In this document: positions 1 through 10,815 of the stretch, one piece after another
Layout of the letters: the number at the start of each line of letters is the position of its first letter
Position numbering within the stretch: position 1 is the stretch's first letter
Source of the DNA: Mobula hypostoma
Taxonomy: Eukaryota
Reading direction: 5' to 3'
Assembly: GCF_963921235.1 (NCBI RefSeq)
Contig: NC_086107.1
Coordinates: 101,062,001-101,126,000 of the forward strand
DNA: 64,000 nucleotides
Made by a program: the position numbers and the translations under genes
The notes under the pieces: generated by a model
The model's input: the letters and a program-made list of their open reading frames with translations, nothing else
Told to the model about the DNA's origin: nothing
The model's database searches: none

Positions 1-284
1 ATAGTTTCCTTTCTCCTGTATTTCTCCCTTCAGTTCATCCTCCATTTCCTTGTCCCCCATTACTACTTCTCCAGCATCGTTTTCCAATGGTCCGATATCA
101 CTCTCGTCTCTTTTTTACACTTTATGTATCTGAAGAAACTTTTGGTATCCTCTTTAATATTATTGGTTAGTTTACTTTCGTGTTCCATCTTTACCTTAAG
201 TACTTTTTAGTTGCCTTCTGTTGGTTTTTAAAAGCTTCTCAATTCTTTAACTTCCCACTAAATTTTGCTCTATTATATGCCCCT

Positions 285-380
285 CAGGCCTGATGAAGGG
301 TCCCAGCCTGAAACGTCGACTGTTTACTCTTCTCCATAGATGCTGCCAGGCCTGCTGAGTTCCCCCAGAATTTTGTGTCT
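285..380 (+). mobile_element. Penelope-derived terminal fragment with a degenerate hammerhead motif
   Basis: CTGATGAAGGGTCCCAGCCTGAAACGTCGACTG...GATGCTGCC, the same family as 34920-35355. Confidence 0.7.
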
Positions 381-560
381 CTTGCTTTGGCTTTTATGTT
401 GGCTTTGACTTCTTTTGTTAGCCAGGGTTGTGTCATCTTTCCTTTAGAATACTTCTTCCTCTTTGGGATGTATATATCCTGTGCCTTCTGAATTGCTTTC
501 AGAAATTCCAGCCATTGCTGCTCTGCCATCATCCCTGCCAGTGTTCTTTTCCAGTCAATT

Positions 561-1016
561 GACTGGATTGGGGAGCATGCCTTATGAGAATAGGTTGAGT
601 GAACACGGCCTTTTCTCCTTGGAGTGACGGAGGATGAGAGGTGCCCTGATAGACAGGTACAAGGTGATGAGAGGCATCGATCGTGTGGATAGTCAGAGGC
701 TTTTTCCCAGGGCTGAAATGGCTAGCACGAGAGGGCACAGTTTTAAGGTGCTTGGAAGTAGGTACAGAGGAGATGTCAGGGGTAGGCTTTTTACGCAGAG
801 AGTGGTGAGTGCGTGGAATGGGCTGCCGGCGCTGGTGGTGGAGGAGACGGATACGATAGGGTCTTTTAAGAGACTCCTGGATAGGTACATGGAGCTCAGA
901 AAAATAGAGGGCTATGGGTAACCCTAAGTAATTTCTAAGGTAAGGACATATTTGGCACAGCTTTGTGGGCCCAAGGGCCTGTATTGTGCTGCAGGTTTTC
1001 TATGTTTCTATGTTCT
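561..1016 (+). mobile_element. CR1 LINE 3' fragment with 4-bp TSD AATT
   Basis: Peptide RGxLIxxYKVMRGIDRVD...TRGHSFKV...FTQRVVSAWNGLP and a TTCTATG tail. AATT occurs at 557-560 and 1017-1020. Confidence 0.9.
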
Positions 1017-1879
1017 AATTCGGGCCAACTCCTCTCTCATGTCTGCGTAATTCCCTTTACTCCACTGTAATACTGATACATCTGACTTTGGCTTCTCCTT
1101 CTCAAATTCCAGGGTGAATTTGATCATATTATGATCAGTTGCCCCCAAGAGTTCCTTTATCTTGAGTTGTCTAATCTATTCTGGTTCGTCATCCATCATT
1201 TAGGAACCCCATCACCCAGGAGAAGCCTTCTCCTCATTGCTGCCAGCAGGAACCTGAAGACACACTCTCAAAATTTTAGGAACAGCTTCTTCCACTCCTC
1301 CATCAGATTTCTGTATGCATAATAAACACTACCTCACCTTTTGCTCTCTTCCTGCACTATGTTTTTAATATTTGTAGTTGTAACATAACAATAAGGGTCT
1401 CGGCCCGAAACATCAACTGTACCTCTTCCTAGAGATGCTGCCTGGCCTGCTGCGTTCACCAGCAACGTTGATATGTGTTGTCCATGGAGGGGAAGTTGGT
1501 TTCTGTGTTGGACCAGACTGTGTTCATATCTCACTGCAATTTCTTGTGGTCTGAGGCATAGCAGTCGCCTTACCAAGCTGTGATGCATCCGGACACGATG
1601 CTTTCTATAAAACGATCTTAAGAACTCTTCTCTGCCTCTCATTCCTTAACAGGCTGAGAGAGGTTTACCTAATAGGTACATCTCCAACTCGCTGAACAGA
1701 GATGTCCGTCAGCAGGGGACCGAAAAGGACAAGAAGGTAAAGCGGGTTTTAGAGTGTGAGTTGATGACGGCACTCCCCTCTGAAGGTGCTGCTCCTGTGC
1801 CCCAGGGGCAGGGTTTTCTGGGGGAATCCTGGGAGGTTGATATGAATGTCTATGGGTGCACATGTTGGGATGGTTGGTA

Positions 1880-2592
1880 GATAGGTAGATACTTTATTGA
1901 TCCCAAAGGAAATTACAGTGACACAGTAGCATTACAAGTGCACAGGTATAAATATTGGAAGAGAAGTAGGAAGAATAAAAAATAAGTTACCACAAACAGT
2001 GTAACAGGAAGGGGTTATCACTTACCTGGTGATATGTTGACTCATTATAGAGCCTAGTGGCCGATAGTAAGAATGATCTCATATAGCACTCTTTGGAGCA
2101 ACACAGTTGTCTTAGTCTATTACTAAAAGTACTCCTCTGTTTGGCCAAGGTGGCCTGCAGAGGGTGAGAAACATTGTTCAGAATTGCCAGGATTTTTCAT
2201 AGGGCCCTTTGTTCTACCACAGCCTCCAGTGTGTCCAGTTTGACTCCTATAACAGAGCCAGCCTTTCTAGTCAGTTTGCTGAGCTTGTTGGTATCACCCA
2301 TGTTGATGCCATTGCCCCAGCACACCACCACATAGATGATTGTATTGGCGACAACAGACTGGTAGAACGTGTGATGGAGAGGCCTGCATACTCCAAAGGA
2401 CCTCAGCCTCCTCAGGAAGTAGAGGCGACTTTGGCCCTTCTAGTACACAGCCTCTGTGTTGGTGCTGCGTTCAAGTCTGTCATCCAGGTTCACCCCCAGG
2501 TACTTGTAGGTCTTCACCACATCCGTATCCTCACTATCAATAGTAACAGTGAGCAATGCAGGCTTAGTCATCCTAAAGTTCATCACCATCTC
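1880..2592 (-). mobile_element. Rex1/Babar LINE 3' fragment
   Basis: Minus-strand peptide DVVKTYKYLGVNLDDRLE...NTEAVY. Its 3' UTR is shared with 7540-7992. Confidence 0.8.
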
Positions 2593-2974
2593 TGTGGGAC
2601 TTCTGGAAAATGGCAAAGGTACTGGTGCTCCTGTTGATTGTGGTTCCATGTGAGGAAGTGCAGCCGGCTGCAGTATCCCTGGAGAGACTCCACGAGCCAC
2701 CAACAGTGCAGGTTGAATCGAGCATCCTTCGGTTATCCCTCTGGATTGCAGATTCACTCCTTATCTCCTGCTCTGAGCTGCTGCCAGGACCTTTTCCAGC
2801 AGTTGTGATCGCAGCTTTGACCTCAGAGTCACCGATGAAAATTTAAACTCTCTTACCCTCAGTACCCGCTCCAGAACTCGATCCTGGCATGCGCCCGCTA
2901 CTCTCTGTCAGTCCCTCCATCCAAACCTGCCCCCATTCTGTGGTCCAGCGCTGGTTCCTGTACGATCTACATAT

Positions 2975-3300
2975 TCCAATACTAAGGCCTCCACAATTTC
3001 TTTAACCACCTCCTTCAGAACCCTGGAGTGTAGACCATCTGGTCCAGGTGACTTATCTACCTTCAGACCTTTCAGTTTCCCCATACACCTCCTCCCTAGT
3101 AATGGCAACTTTGCTCACTTCTGCCCCCTGATGTTCTTGAACTTCTGGCATAGTACTAGCTTCTTCCACAGTGAAGAATCTTGCAAAATACTGTTCCGTT
3201 TGTCCACCATTTCCGCCTCTCCAGCATCATTTTCCAGCGATATAATATCTACTGTAGCCTCTCTTTTAGACTTCATATATCTGAAAAAACTTCTGGTAGG
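2975..3300 (-). mobile_element. CR1 RT fragment
   Basis: Peptide [32 protein letters not shown]. Confidence 0.85.
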
Positions 3301-4694
3301 TTTTTTTTACACAGAGTGGTGGGTGCATGGAATGCCATGATGGGGTGGTGATAGAGGGCAGCTACGTTTAAGAAACTCCTTAGATAGGCACTTGGATGAT
3401 AGAAAAATAGAGGATTATGTGGGAGGAAAGGGTTAGATTGATCTTAGTGTAAATTAAAATATTGGCACAACATTATGGACTGAATGGGCTGTACTATGCA
3501 TTGTAATCTGCAAAAAAAATCAGACTTTGGTTACATAAAGGCTTTGGAGAATGGATAAGGCAAGTATAGAGACACTCCCTGGCTTACAACCACTGATTCA
3601 TAGAGAGTTTGTAGACACAAAGTAGTGTTTGGGAAACTGGTGGGATGAAGGGGGATGGATTTGCCTGCTGCAAGCATCTACCAAATGGAAATGGAGTATT
3701 TGCACTTGTGTTTTCTCCCTTGCCCAACCAAGCTACAACAATGGTGCTGGGTGGAGCCCAGCAGGGCTGGGAACGCTGAGCGGACTTGCTCGCTCGCTCA
3801 CTCACGGAGTCAGTGAGCCTGGCTGCCGGCCGCTGTTTCTGCATCTGCTTGCAATCCCATGACCGATGTTCCTCTGATCCTCTCCGACACGTCTGACTTA
3901 CGACCAGTTTTCAGGAATGGGACCTTGTGGTAATCCGGACACTGCCTATACAGAGTTCGGACTCAGACAGCCACAACCTCATTGAATGGTGGAGTGTAGT
4001 CAGACCAGGGTCTAGTATAACAGTAGTATAACTTCCTTTTTCCTCCCAACCTACAGTTTAAAAACCAGAACTTTACGTAGAACACTACATAAGCAGTGTA
4101 ACACAGTTCAGCCCTTTCCCCCATGATGTTGTGCCACCTTTTAGCCTGTTTCCGTGCTGTAATTGTTATATGGTTATATGGTTACTCTAAGATCAGTCTA
4201 ACCTTTCCCCTCCACCATTGCCCTCTATTTTTCTATCATCCATGTACGTATCTAAGAGTTTCTTAAACCTTGCTGCCTCTATCACCACCCCAACAGGGTA
4301 TTCCGTGCACCCACCACTCTCTGTGTAAAGCCCCACCTCTAATGTCCCCCCTATACTTTCCTCCAAATCACTTTTAAATTATACTCCCTTGTATTAACCA
4401 TTTCTGCCCTGTGGGAAAGTCTCTGGCTACCTGCTCAATCTGTGCTTCTTTATTATCCTGTACACCTTTAGTTTCCATACCCAACTAAGCTATGCCGTGT
4501 AACCTTTGGTAACACCAGCCTTTCACCACACACAATGACTTTATTTTGAATGCTCTTGTATCTGCCTACACTGAATCTCATTTACCACAGCAGCCACTCA
4601 CTTACTCTGCTAGTAGCTCTCATTTTGCACCTTCAGTGGATTGCCTCCGACCTGACACCGAACTTGGCCCTGTGACAATGGAAGTAGCACTTTG

Positions 4695-5132
4695 ATCCTG
4701 GGAATGAAAGGGTTAATGTATGAGGAGTATTTCATGGCTCCGGAGTTTAGAAGAATGAGGAGGATCTCATTGAAACTTATCGAATGTCGAAAGGCCTGGA
4801 TAGAGTGGAAGTGGAGAGGATGTTTCCAATCGTGGGAGAGTTTGCGACTAGAGAACACAGCCTCAGAATAGAAGGAAGTCCCTTTAGAACTGAGATGTGG
4901 GGGAATTTCATGGTGAATCTGTGGAATTAATTGCCGCAGACAGCTGTAGAGGCCAAATCATTGGGTTTATTTAAGGTGGGAGGATGATATGTTCTTGATT
5001 AGTAAGGGTGGCAAAGGTTACAGGGAGAACGTAGAAGAATGGGGTTGAGAGGGATAATAAATCAGCCATGATTGAATGGCAGAGTAGACTTGATGGGCTG
5101 AATGGCCTAATTCTGCTCTTATGGCCTTATGG
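4695..5132 (+). mobile_element. CR1 3' fragment
   Basis: Matches the CR1 3' end at 52455-52915 (GGAATGAAAGGGTTAA...GAATGGCCTAATTCTGCTC). Confidence 0.8.
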
Positions 5133-5199
5133 AGTCATTGATATTACATATTACCTCCAGTAGCCATGACCTGTTGAATATTTCCAGTGTTTTATATTT

Positions 5200-5500
5200 G
5201 ATGCAACACTCACAAAATGCTGGAGGAACTCAGCAGGCCAGGCAGCATCTGTGGAAAAGCGTAAACAGTCAAGACCCTTCTTCAGGACTGAAAAGGAAGG
5301 GGGAAGATGCCAGAATGAAAAGGTGGAGGGAGGGGAAGGAGGCGGGCTGGAAGGTGATAGGTGAAGTCAGGTGAGTGGGAAAGGTCAAGGGCTGATAGGA
5401 GAGGAGACTGGACAATAGGAGGAGGGGCACCGGGGGATGGGGGGAAGTAATAGACAGGTGAGAAGAAGTGAAAGATTAGAGTAGGAAGGGGGAGTGGAAA
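5200..5500 (-). mobile_element. Penelope-derived fragment
   Basis: CAACAC...AAAATGCTGGAGGAACTCAGCAGGCCAGGCAGCATCT, then CCCTTCTTCAGGACTG and a purine-rich body like that of 34920-35355. Confidence 0.65.
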
Positions 5501-6558
5501 TTAGTTATCTGATTTTTCAGCTTCACCATCCGCAGTGAGTTATTGTAGTCACCAAGACGCATCATCACACACCCCACCCCCATCACAATCTCCCAGAATT
5601 TACCTCTTGCCCATTATATGCGCCCTCAGAACACTTCCAGATCAACAGCTTGTCCTCAATGTGCCACCGGTTTCAACCTTTGATATCTCTCCAAGTTGAA
5701 ACTTTGACACCTTCGGGAGCCCATCTAATCAGCAACTCTAAGTATTTCCCAGCGTTTTAGGCCATGAGCAGTCAGATGTTACTGAGGAGCTGAACACAGT
5801 CAACAGTCAGGGGGAAAAAAAGTCCCTACTTCTCGTCACACCAGCAAACACAGAAGGTTAAAATTGACCGTGTGATGTACTGTACGTACAAACATTTAAA
5901 TTAGAATGAGGAAAAGACCTCTCAAGCCTGCTCCACAGTTCTGTAAGGTCATAGCTAATTTATTTTCTGCATTCCAGCTGACCTTCCACCCTCTTGCTTA
6001 TTAAGAATCGGTCTATATTTGGCTTAAAAATAATTTGATTCTGCCTTACCGTCTTTGAGGAAGAGAATTCCAAAAAAATTCTAACGTCTCCACATCATGG
6101 GTGATCTCTTAGTCTTCAACAGTGACCTCTAGGTTCTCCCATAAGAGGACATTTTCTCTGTGTGCAGCCTGCCAAGGTTCCTCAAAACCTCGTATATTTC
6201 CGTTAAGTCCTTGCCCCCTCCTCAGGACCAGGGAATACAAGTCTGGCCTCTCCACCCTTCCTCATGAGCAAGCACACTCGCTCCAAGTATTAGTCTTGTA
6301 AACCTCTCTGAATTCTAACGAGACATTATTACCCTTTCTTAAATAAAACCAATACAGTTCTCCAGATAAGGTTCCACTGATAATAGAGCACAACTTCTGT
6401 ATTAAATTCTTCTCACAATAAGCAACAAAATTCTGTTAGTTATCTGCACCTCAAACTAATCCTTTGCCAGTGATGCACCATGACACCAGATCCCTCAGCA
6501 TCTCAGAGCTCTTCAATCTGCTGCAAGTATTGAGATCACATAACTAGGAACTGCTCAT

Positions 6559-6768
6559 TTATTAATAGCCATTCGTAGCTCCAAATATAAATACAATTGG
6601 GTGTTGACAGAAGCTGAAAATAAACAGGCTTTCCTTCAAACCCTAAACGCACGTGTTGGCTTCCATTTCCCCCGACAGACTGACAGAGGATTCTCAAACA
6701 GGGCCACTTCAAGCTCGCTGAACAGAGACGGCCATTTGCAAACAGCCAGCAAGCACAGTAAGGTAAGG
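6559..6768 (+). promoter_or_regulatory. Candidate TATA promoter with a non-coding first exon
   Basis: A MEF2-like site at 6559-6568, TATAAATA at 6586-6593, about 150 nt without ATG, then the donor AAG|GTAAGG at 6763. Confidence 0.3.
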
Positions 6769-7539
6769 TGGCTCTTGTATCCCGTTCTTGGGTCACAGGT
6801 GACACTGGCGAGGTGGTCCCGCCTGGACAGAGAGTGGGGGGGATGGTGAGTTTCCTTACCAAACTGTAAGGCTGGGCCCAGATGGTGGGAGTGAGTGTTT
6901 CCTACATGTAACGATGAAGGAATGTTGTGATAACGAATGAATGATTGGAAAGTTTGGCTATTTGCAAGATCTCAAGGACAGAGGTTGCAGCTAGTGTTGC
7001 ATATTGAACTTAACTGCAGCCCATCCAATATAGAACGGTGCTGAAAATGAACATTATATAAGGAAGCAGAAAATAGAAATGCAAGAAGTTATGTTAAATC
7101 TTTATAGAGCATTGGTTAGGAACTGGGGGGCAGGTTTGTGTCCAGTTTGGGGTCTCACACTAAATAACGATGCGGGGAATAAAATCCGTTCAGGAGAGGG
7201 AGCGGTGGGGATTGATTCATGTGGTACCAGGGATGTGGAACGTTGGCTGTGTGGGGAGAGGGAGAGAACGGATTCAGGGCCATGGGTCACAGATCCTTGT
7301 GGGTTCTTACAGTGAAACTGTGCCCAGTGTCTGTTACCTGATGATACCGTTATAAGTTAATTTGTAAAGACTCAGAGAAGAGTTAAGGATTCTTTTAATG
7401 CAGTGTGTATCCTATCTGTTTATACTTATGACAATGCAGATGATGGACGTTCAGAGTCAAAAGCAGGCTTGTTACCAATGATACACGCGTGTTGTGAAAT
7501 TGGTTGTTTTACAGCAGCAGCGCAGTGCGGGACAGTCTT

Positions 7540-7992
7540 TTGTCGCCAGTTCTATGCGGTGGTGTGCTGGCTGGGGCAATGGCATCAACACGGGTGAAGT
7601 CAACAGGCTCAATAAACTGATTAGAAAGGCTGGCTCTGTTATAGGAATCAAACTGGAGCCTGTGGTAGAACAAAGGATCCTACGGAAAATCCTGGCAATG
7701 TTTCTCACAGTCTGCATGCCACTTTGGCTGAACAGAGGAGCACTTTTAGTAATAGACCAAGACAACTACACTGCTCCAAAGAGCGCTATATGAGGTCATT
7801 CTTACCCTTGGCCATTAGGCTCTATAATGAGTCAACTATAGCCAGGGAAGTGATGACCCTTCCTCCTGTTAGACTGAGGTGGCTTATTTTTTATTCTTTC
7901 TTACTCCTCTTCTAATATTTGTAGATCTGTGCACTTGTAATGCTACTGTGACACTATAATTTCCTTTGGGATCAGCAAAGTATCTATATATC
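7540..7992 (+). mobile_element. Rex1/Babar LINE 3' fragment
   Basis: Peptides NRLNKLIRKAGSVIG and CSKERYMRSFLPLAIRLYN. Confidence 0.8.
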
Positions 7993-8175
7993 TGAATATT
8001 ATAGGTTACAACAAAAAATATACAAATAAATAATTAGTGTAAGTAGAGAGCATGTTAATGAGGTATTGGTTATGGCAAGGGTTCCCAGCCTGAGGCCCAC
8101 GGACACCTTGGTTAATGGTAGGGGTCCATGGCCCTAAAATACTCTATGGGTCCCTGATGATAGTAATGGGAAGAG

Positions 8176-8450
8176 TGGCACGGTGGTGTAGTGGTTAGCA
8201 CAGCGCTTTACAGTACCAGCAACCCGGGTTCAATTCCCGCCGCGGCCTGTGAAGAATTTGTACCTTCTCCCCGCAACCCCGTGGGTTTCCTCCGGGTGCT
8301 CCAGTTTCCTCCCACAGTCCAAAAACATACAAGTTGGTAAGTTAATTGGTCATTGTAAATTGTCCCGTGATTAGACTAGGGTTAAATCAGATTTTGCTGG
8401 GCAGTGCAGCTCAAGGGGATGGAAGGGCCAATTCTGCGGTGAATCTCACT
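8176..8450 (+). mobile_element. tRNA-derived V-SINE (HE1-like)
   Basis: A box TGGTGTAGTGG, B box GGTTCAATTCC and the V-domain GGGTTTCCTCCGGGTGCTCCAGTTTCCTCCCACA. Further copies at about 15320-15520(+), 18404-18635(-), 37640-37850(-), 40290-40460(-), 46790-47050(-), 56530-56820(+), 57770-58005(-) and 63860-64000(+). Confidence 0.85.
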
Positions 8451-9071
8451 AACAAAAAGTTCATATCAGCTTCCAGATAAGCAATCCCATTAGTTTCAAT
8501 CCCCCTGTGTGTATTTTCCCCGTATTTATTTATTTATTCATTCATTCATTCTCAATCCCTCTCTCTCTCTCTCTCCCCCCCTCACCCCCCCAACTCTCCT
8601 CCCCCTCTCCCCCTCTCCCCCCTCCCCCCCCAACTCTCCTTTGATTCTTCTGCTGCTCGCCAACACCAAAGAGTCAATGACAGTGGCAGGAATCTGGGGC
8701 ATGTCGGGGGGGGGGGACCCACACACAGTCAGAAGGACCGTGCACCTCATACCCGGGGTCAGGATTGAACCACCCATGGGGAGTGGAAGCAGGTGGAATA
8801 CAGTCAGTATGCAGTGGTCTGAGGCCAGGTCTGCATTCCAGCGACTGACACAGAGAGGAACGGTGTAGACTGTCAGCGGTTTCTGAGCCGTCTGTTTGCC
8901 CAGCTTGCCTCTAGTGTTTGGAATCACTGGGCCCCTCAAAATCCGGTTTATAATCACTGATTTATGTCATGAAATTTGTTGTTTTGTGTCAGTGACACAG
9001 TGTGATGCATAAACAATGCTATAATTTACAAGGGTGCATAAATAGCGTAAAAGGAATAGTGAGGTAGTGTT

Positions 9072-9280
9072 TTTAAAAATGTAAACACAAGGAATTCTGC
9101 AGATGCTGGAAATTCAAACAACACACATCAAAGTTGCTGGTGAATGCAGCAGGCCAGGCAGCATCTCTAGGAAGAGGTACAGTCGACGTTTCAGGCCGAG
9201 ACCCTTCGTCCTGACGAAACGTCGACTGTACCTCTTCCTAGAGATGCTGCCCAGCCTGCTGCGTTCACCAGCAACTTTGA
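9072..9280. mobile_element. Penelope-derived hairpin element with a 14-bp TSD, inserted in a LINE 3' fragment (about 8945-9520, minus)
   Basis: Inverted arms at 9128-9192 and 9216-9280. AGTGAGGTAGTGTT is duplicated at 9058-9071 and 9281-9294. Confidence 0.85.
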
Positions 9281-10216
9281 AGTGAGGTAGTGTTCATGGG
9301 TTTATGGACCATTCAGAAATCTGATGGCGGAGGGGAAGAAGCTGTTCCTAAAACATTGAGTGTTGGTTTTCAGGCTCCTGTACCTCCTCCCTGATGGTAG
9401 TAATGAGAAGAGGACATGCCCTCGATGGGTCCTTAGCGATGGATTTTTGAGACACTGGCCTTTGGAGACGTAGTTTATGGTGGGGAGGGTTGTGCCCATG
9501 TCGGATCTGGCTGGGCCTGACAAAACTGGGGAGCTATGGTCCTGTGGAAGGTACAGACCCAGCCATTAACTGTGCAGCATGGTCCATGGGCTGTGGGACA
9601 GAGGCAACGCCGCAGGGCAGTGACTCGCCTCTATCCTGTAGCGTTAACTGTCTGAGCAGTGACACAATAAAGGAGCTGTGAGGTTTCAGCACTCTGTACT
9701 GCTGCTGGGGGTGGGGGTGGGGGGAGGGGGGAGGTTTCCCCTTGCTGGCCGTCTAAGCCGTTCACAGACCAAGCCACCGCCCCTCCCACTGTGAGTAAGC
9801 CCAGGGACACGCTGGGTGAAACAGCGTGCTCCAAAGATCCTGTAACCCGGGCACTGGAAATCCAAGAAAGAAGGACCAGAGACAGAGGGATCTGAGGCTG
9901 GGCTGAGGAAGGTTCAGGATGAGAAGGAGCAGACATTTCCATCTGCAGGTCAGAACTGTGGTCTGTAACAAGTAAATGCATTGTGAAATTCTTTAATGGA
10001 ATATAGTTGGAATATTGATCAGGCAACAGAGGAGCGATGTACCAACATTGGGCAAGCTTCAAAGGAATAGGGTGACGGATTGCTGGTGGGTTTAGATAGG
10101 TGGGGGTTCACATGAAGCATAAACATTAGCACTATTGTATCAACCCAATGCCCTCTACTCTTAATTCTATAATAACAAATACAACACCAATTAACAGAAT
10201 TGTTGGTATTTAACAA

Positions 10217-10222
10217 TTTATT
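10217..10222 (-). terminator. Polyadenylation signal AATAAA for PFN3
   Basis: TTTATT on + (AATAAA on -) lies about 47 nt downstream of the PFN3 stop codon. Confidence 0.7.
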
Positions 10223-10268
10223 ACTAATCTGGGTTTGTAAAAATGTTTTCAAAGTCCCTTCCCTAACT

Positions 10269-10682
10269 TTAAAAGCCCTTCTCCTTCAGATAGTTATCCA
10301 TTTCATGGACCTGCTTGTTGAGGAGTCCCCCGTGGACCCCTCTTTTGCCCATGATAAACACCATGATCTTGTTGGTTTTGCCGATGCAGATGCTCTTGCC
10401 TTGTCCGCCTTTCATCCTTACATCCATCACCTCGTCGTTGTTGACCAGGAGGTTGTCCCTGATGACGGAGCATTTCTTCCCTCCGATGGTGATGCCCGTT
10501 TGTAGGAAAGTCTTGCGGTCCTTCCCTATTAGCGTGCTGACCTCATGCGGGGAGATGGCAGCCAATATACCGCCGGGTTTGGAAGCCCAGACGGCCTTGT
10601 TGTTGGCGTGGCCCACAATGGCAGCGTCTTCCACGTTCTTGTCCTTCAGTATAGTGTTGATGTAGTTCTTCCAGTCTGACAT
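10269..10682 (-). CDS. PFN3: Profilin-3, intronless, 137 aa
   Basis: The ORF MSDWKNYINTILKDKNVEDAAIVGHANNKAVWASKPGGILAAISPHEV...MGKRGVHGGLLNKQVHEM follows mammalian PFN3 as I recall it (MGDWK...AIVGHADN...VWASRPGGLLAAISPQEV...MGRRGVHGGILNK) and has the same length. It is a single exon with A at -3 of the ATG. Confidence 0.93.
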   Translation of the reverse strand: MSDWKNYINTILKDKNVEDAAIVGHANNKAVWASKPGGILAAISPHEVSTLIGKDRKTFLQTGITIGGKKCSVIRDNLLVNNDEVMDVRMKGGQGKSICIGKTNKIMVFIMGKRGVHGGLLNKQVHEMDNYLKEKGF

Positions 10683-10749
10683 CTTCTCCTCGATTGAAGA
10701 TTAGTTTCGAGAACAAAGTGGTCTTGGCACTGTCTCACTCGATAATGTG

Positions 10750-10815
10750 AGGGGAGTTAACGGGCATCAGTCCAACATCACCATGTCATTGTGAGGTCAG
10801 AGTGACCTCACTCCA
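10750..10815 (-). promoter_or_regulatory. PFN3 proximal promoter with an ERE/CRE-like palindrome and a MYB-like site
   Basis: GTGAGGTCA-gag-TGACCTCAC at 10791-10811 and TAACGG (YAACKG) at 10758-10763, 75-130 bp upstream of the ATG. Confidence 0.6.

Larger units (their letters stand above)
1..1185 (-). mobile_element. CR1 LINE ORF2 fragment, interrupted twice
   Basis: The minus-strand peptide QQWLEFL...AQDIYIPKRKKYSKGKMTQPWLTKEVKANIKAK is typical of the CR1 EN-RT linker. It is interrupted by a Penelope piece (about 285-380) and by a CR1 3' end (561-1016). Confidence 0.8.

Noticed and set aside
2610..2846. 78-aa ORF with a signal-peptide-like start (MAKVLVLLLIVV)
   Set aside because: It is short, wedged between LINE fragments and has no recognisable homology, promoter or poly(A) support.
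8176..8250. tRNA-like sequences (also at about 15230-15300, 46075-46140 and 58395-58463)
   Set aside because: They are SINE heads that continue into SINE bodies and lack a full cloverleaf or terminator.
10200..10665. Plus-strand ORFs of 101 and 116 aa
   Set aside because: They are antisense shadows of the PFN3 coding sequence.
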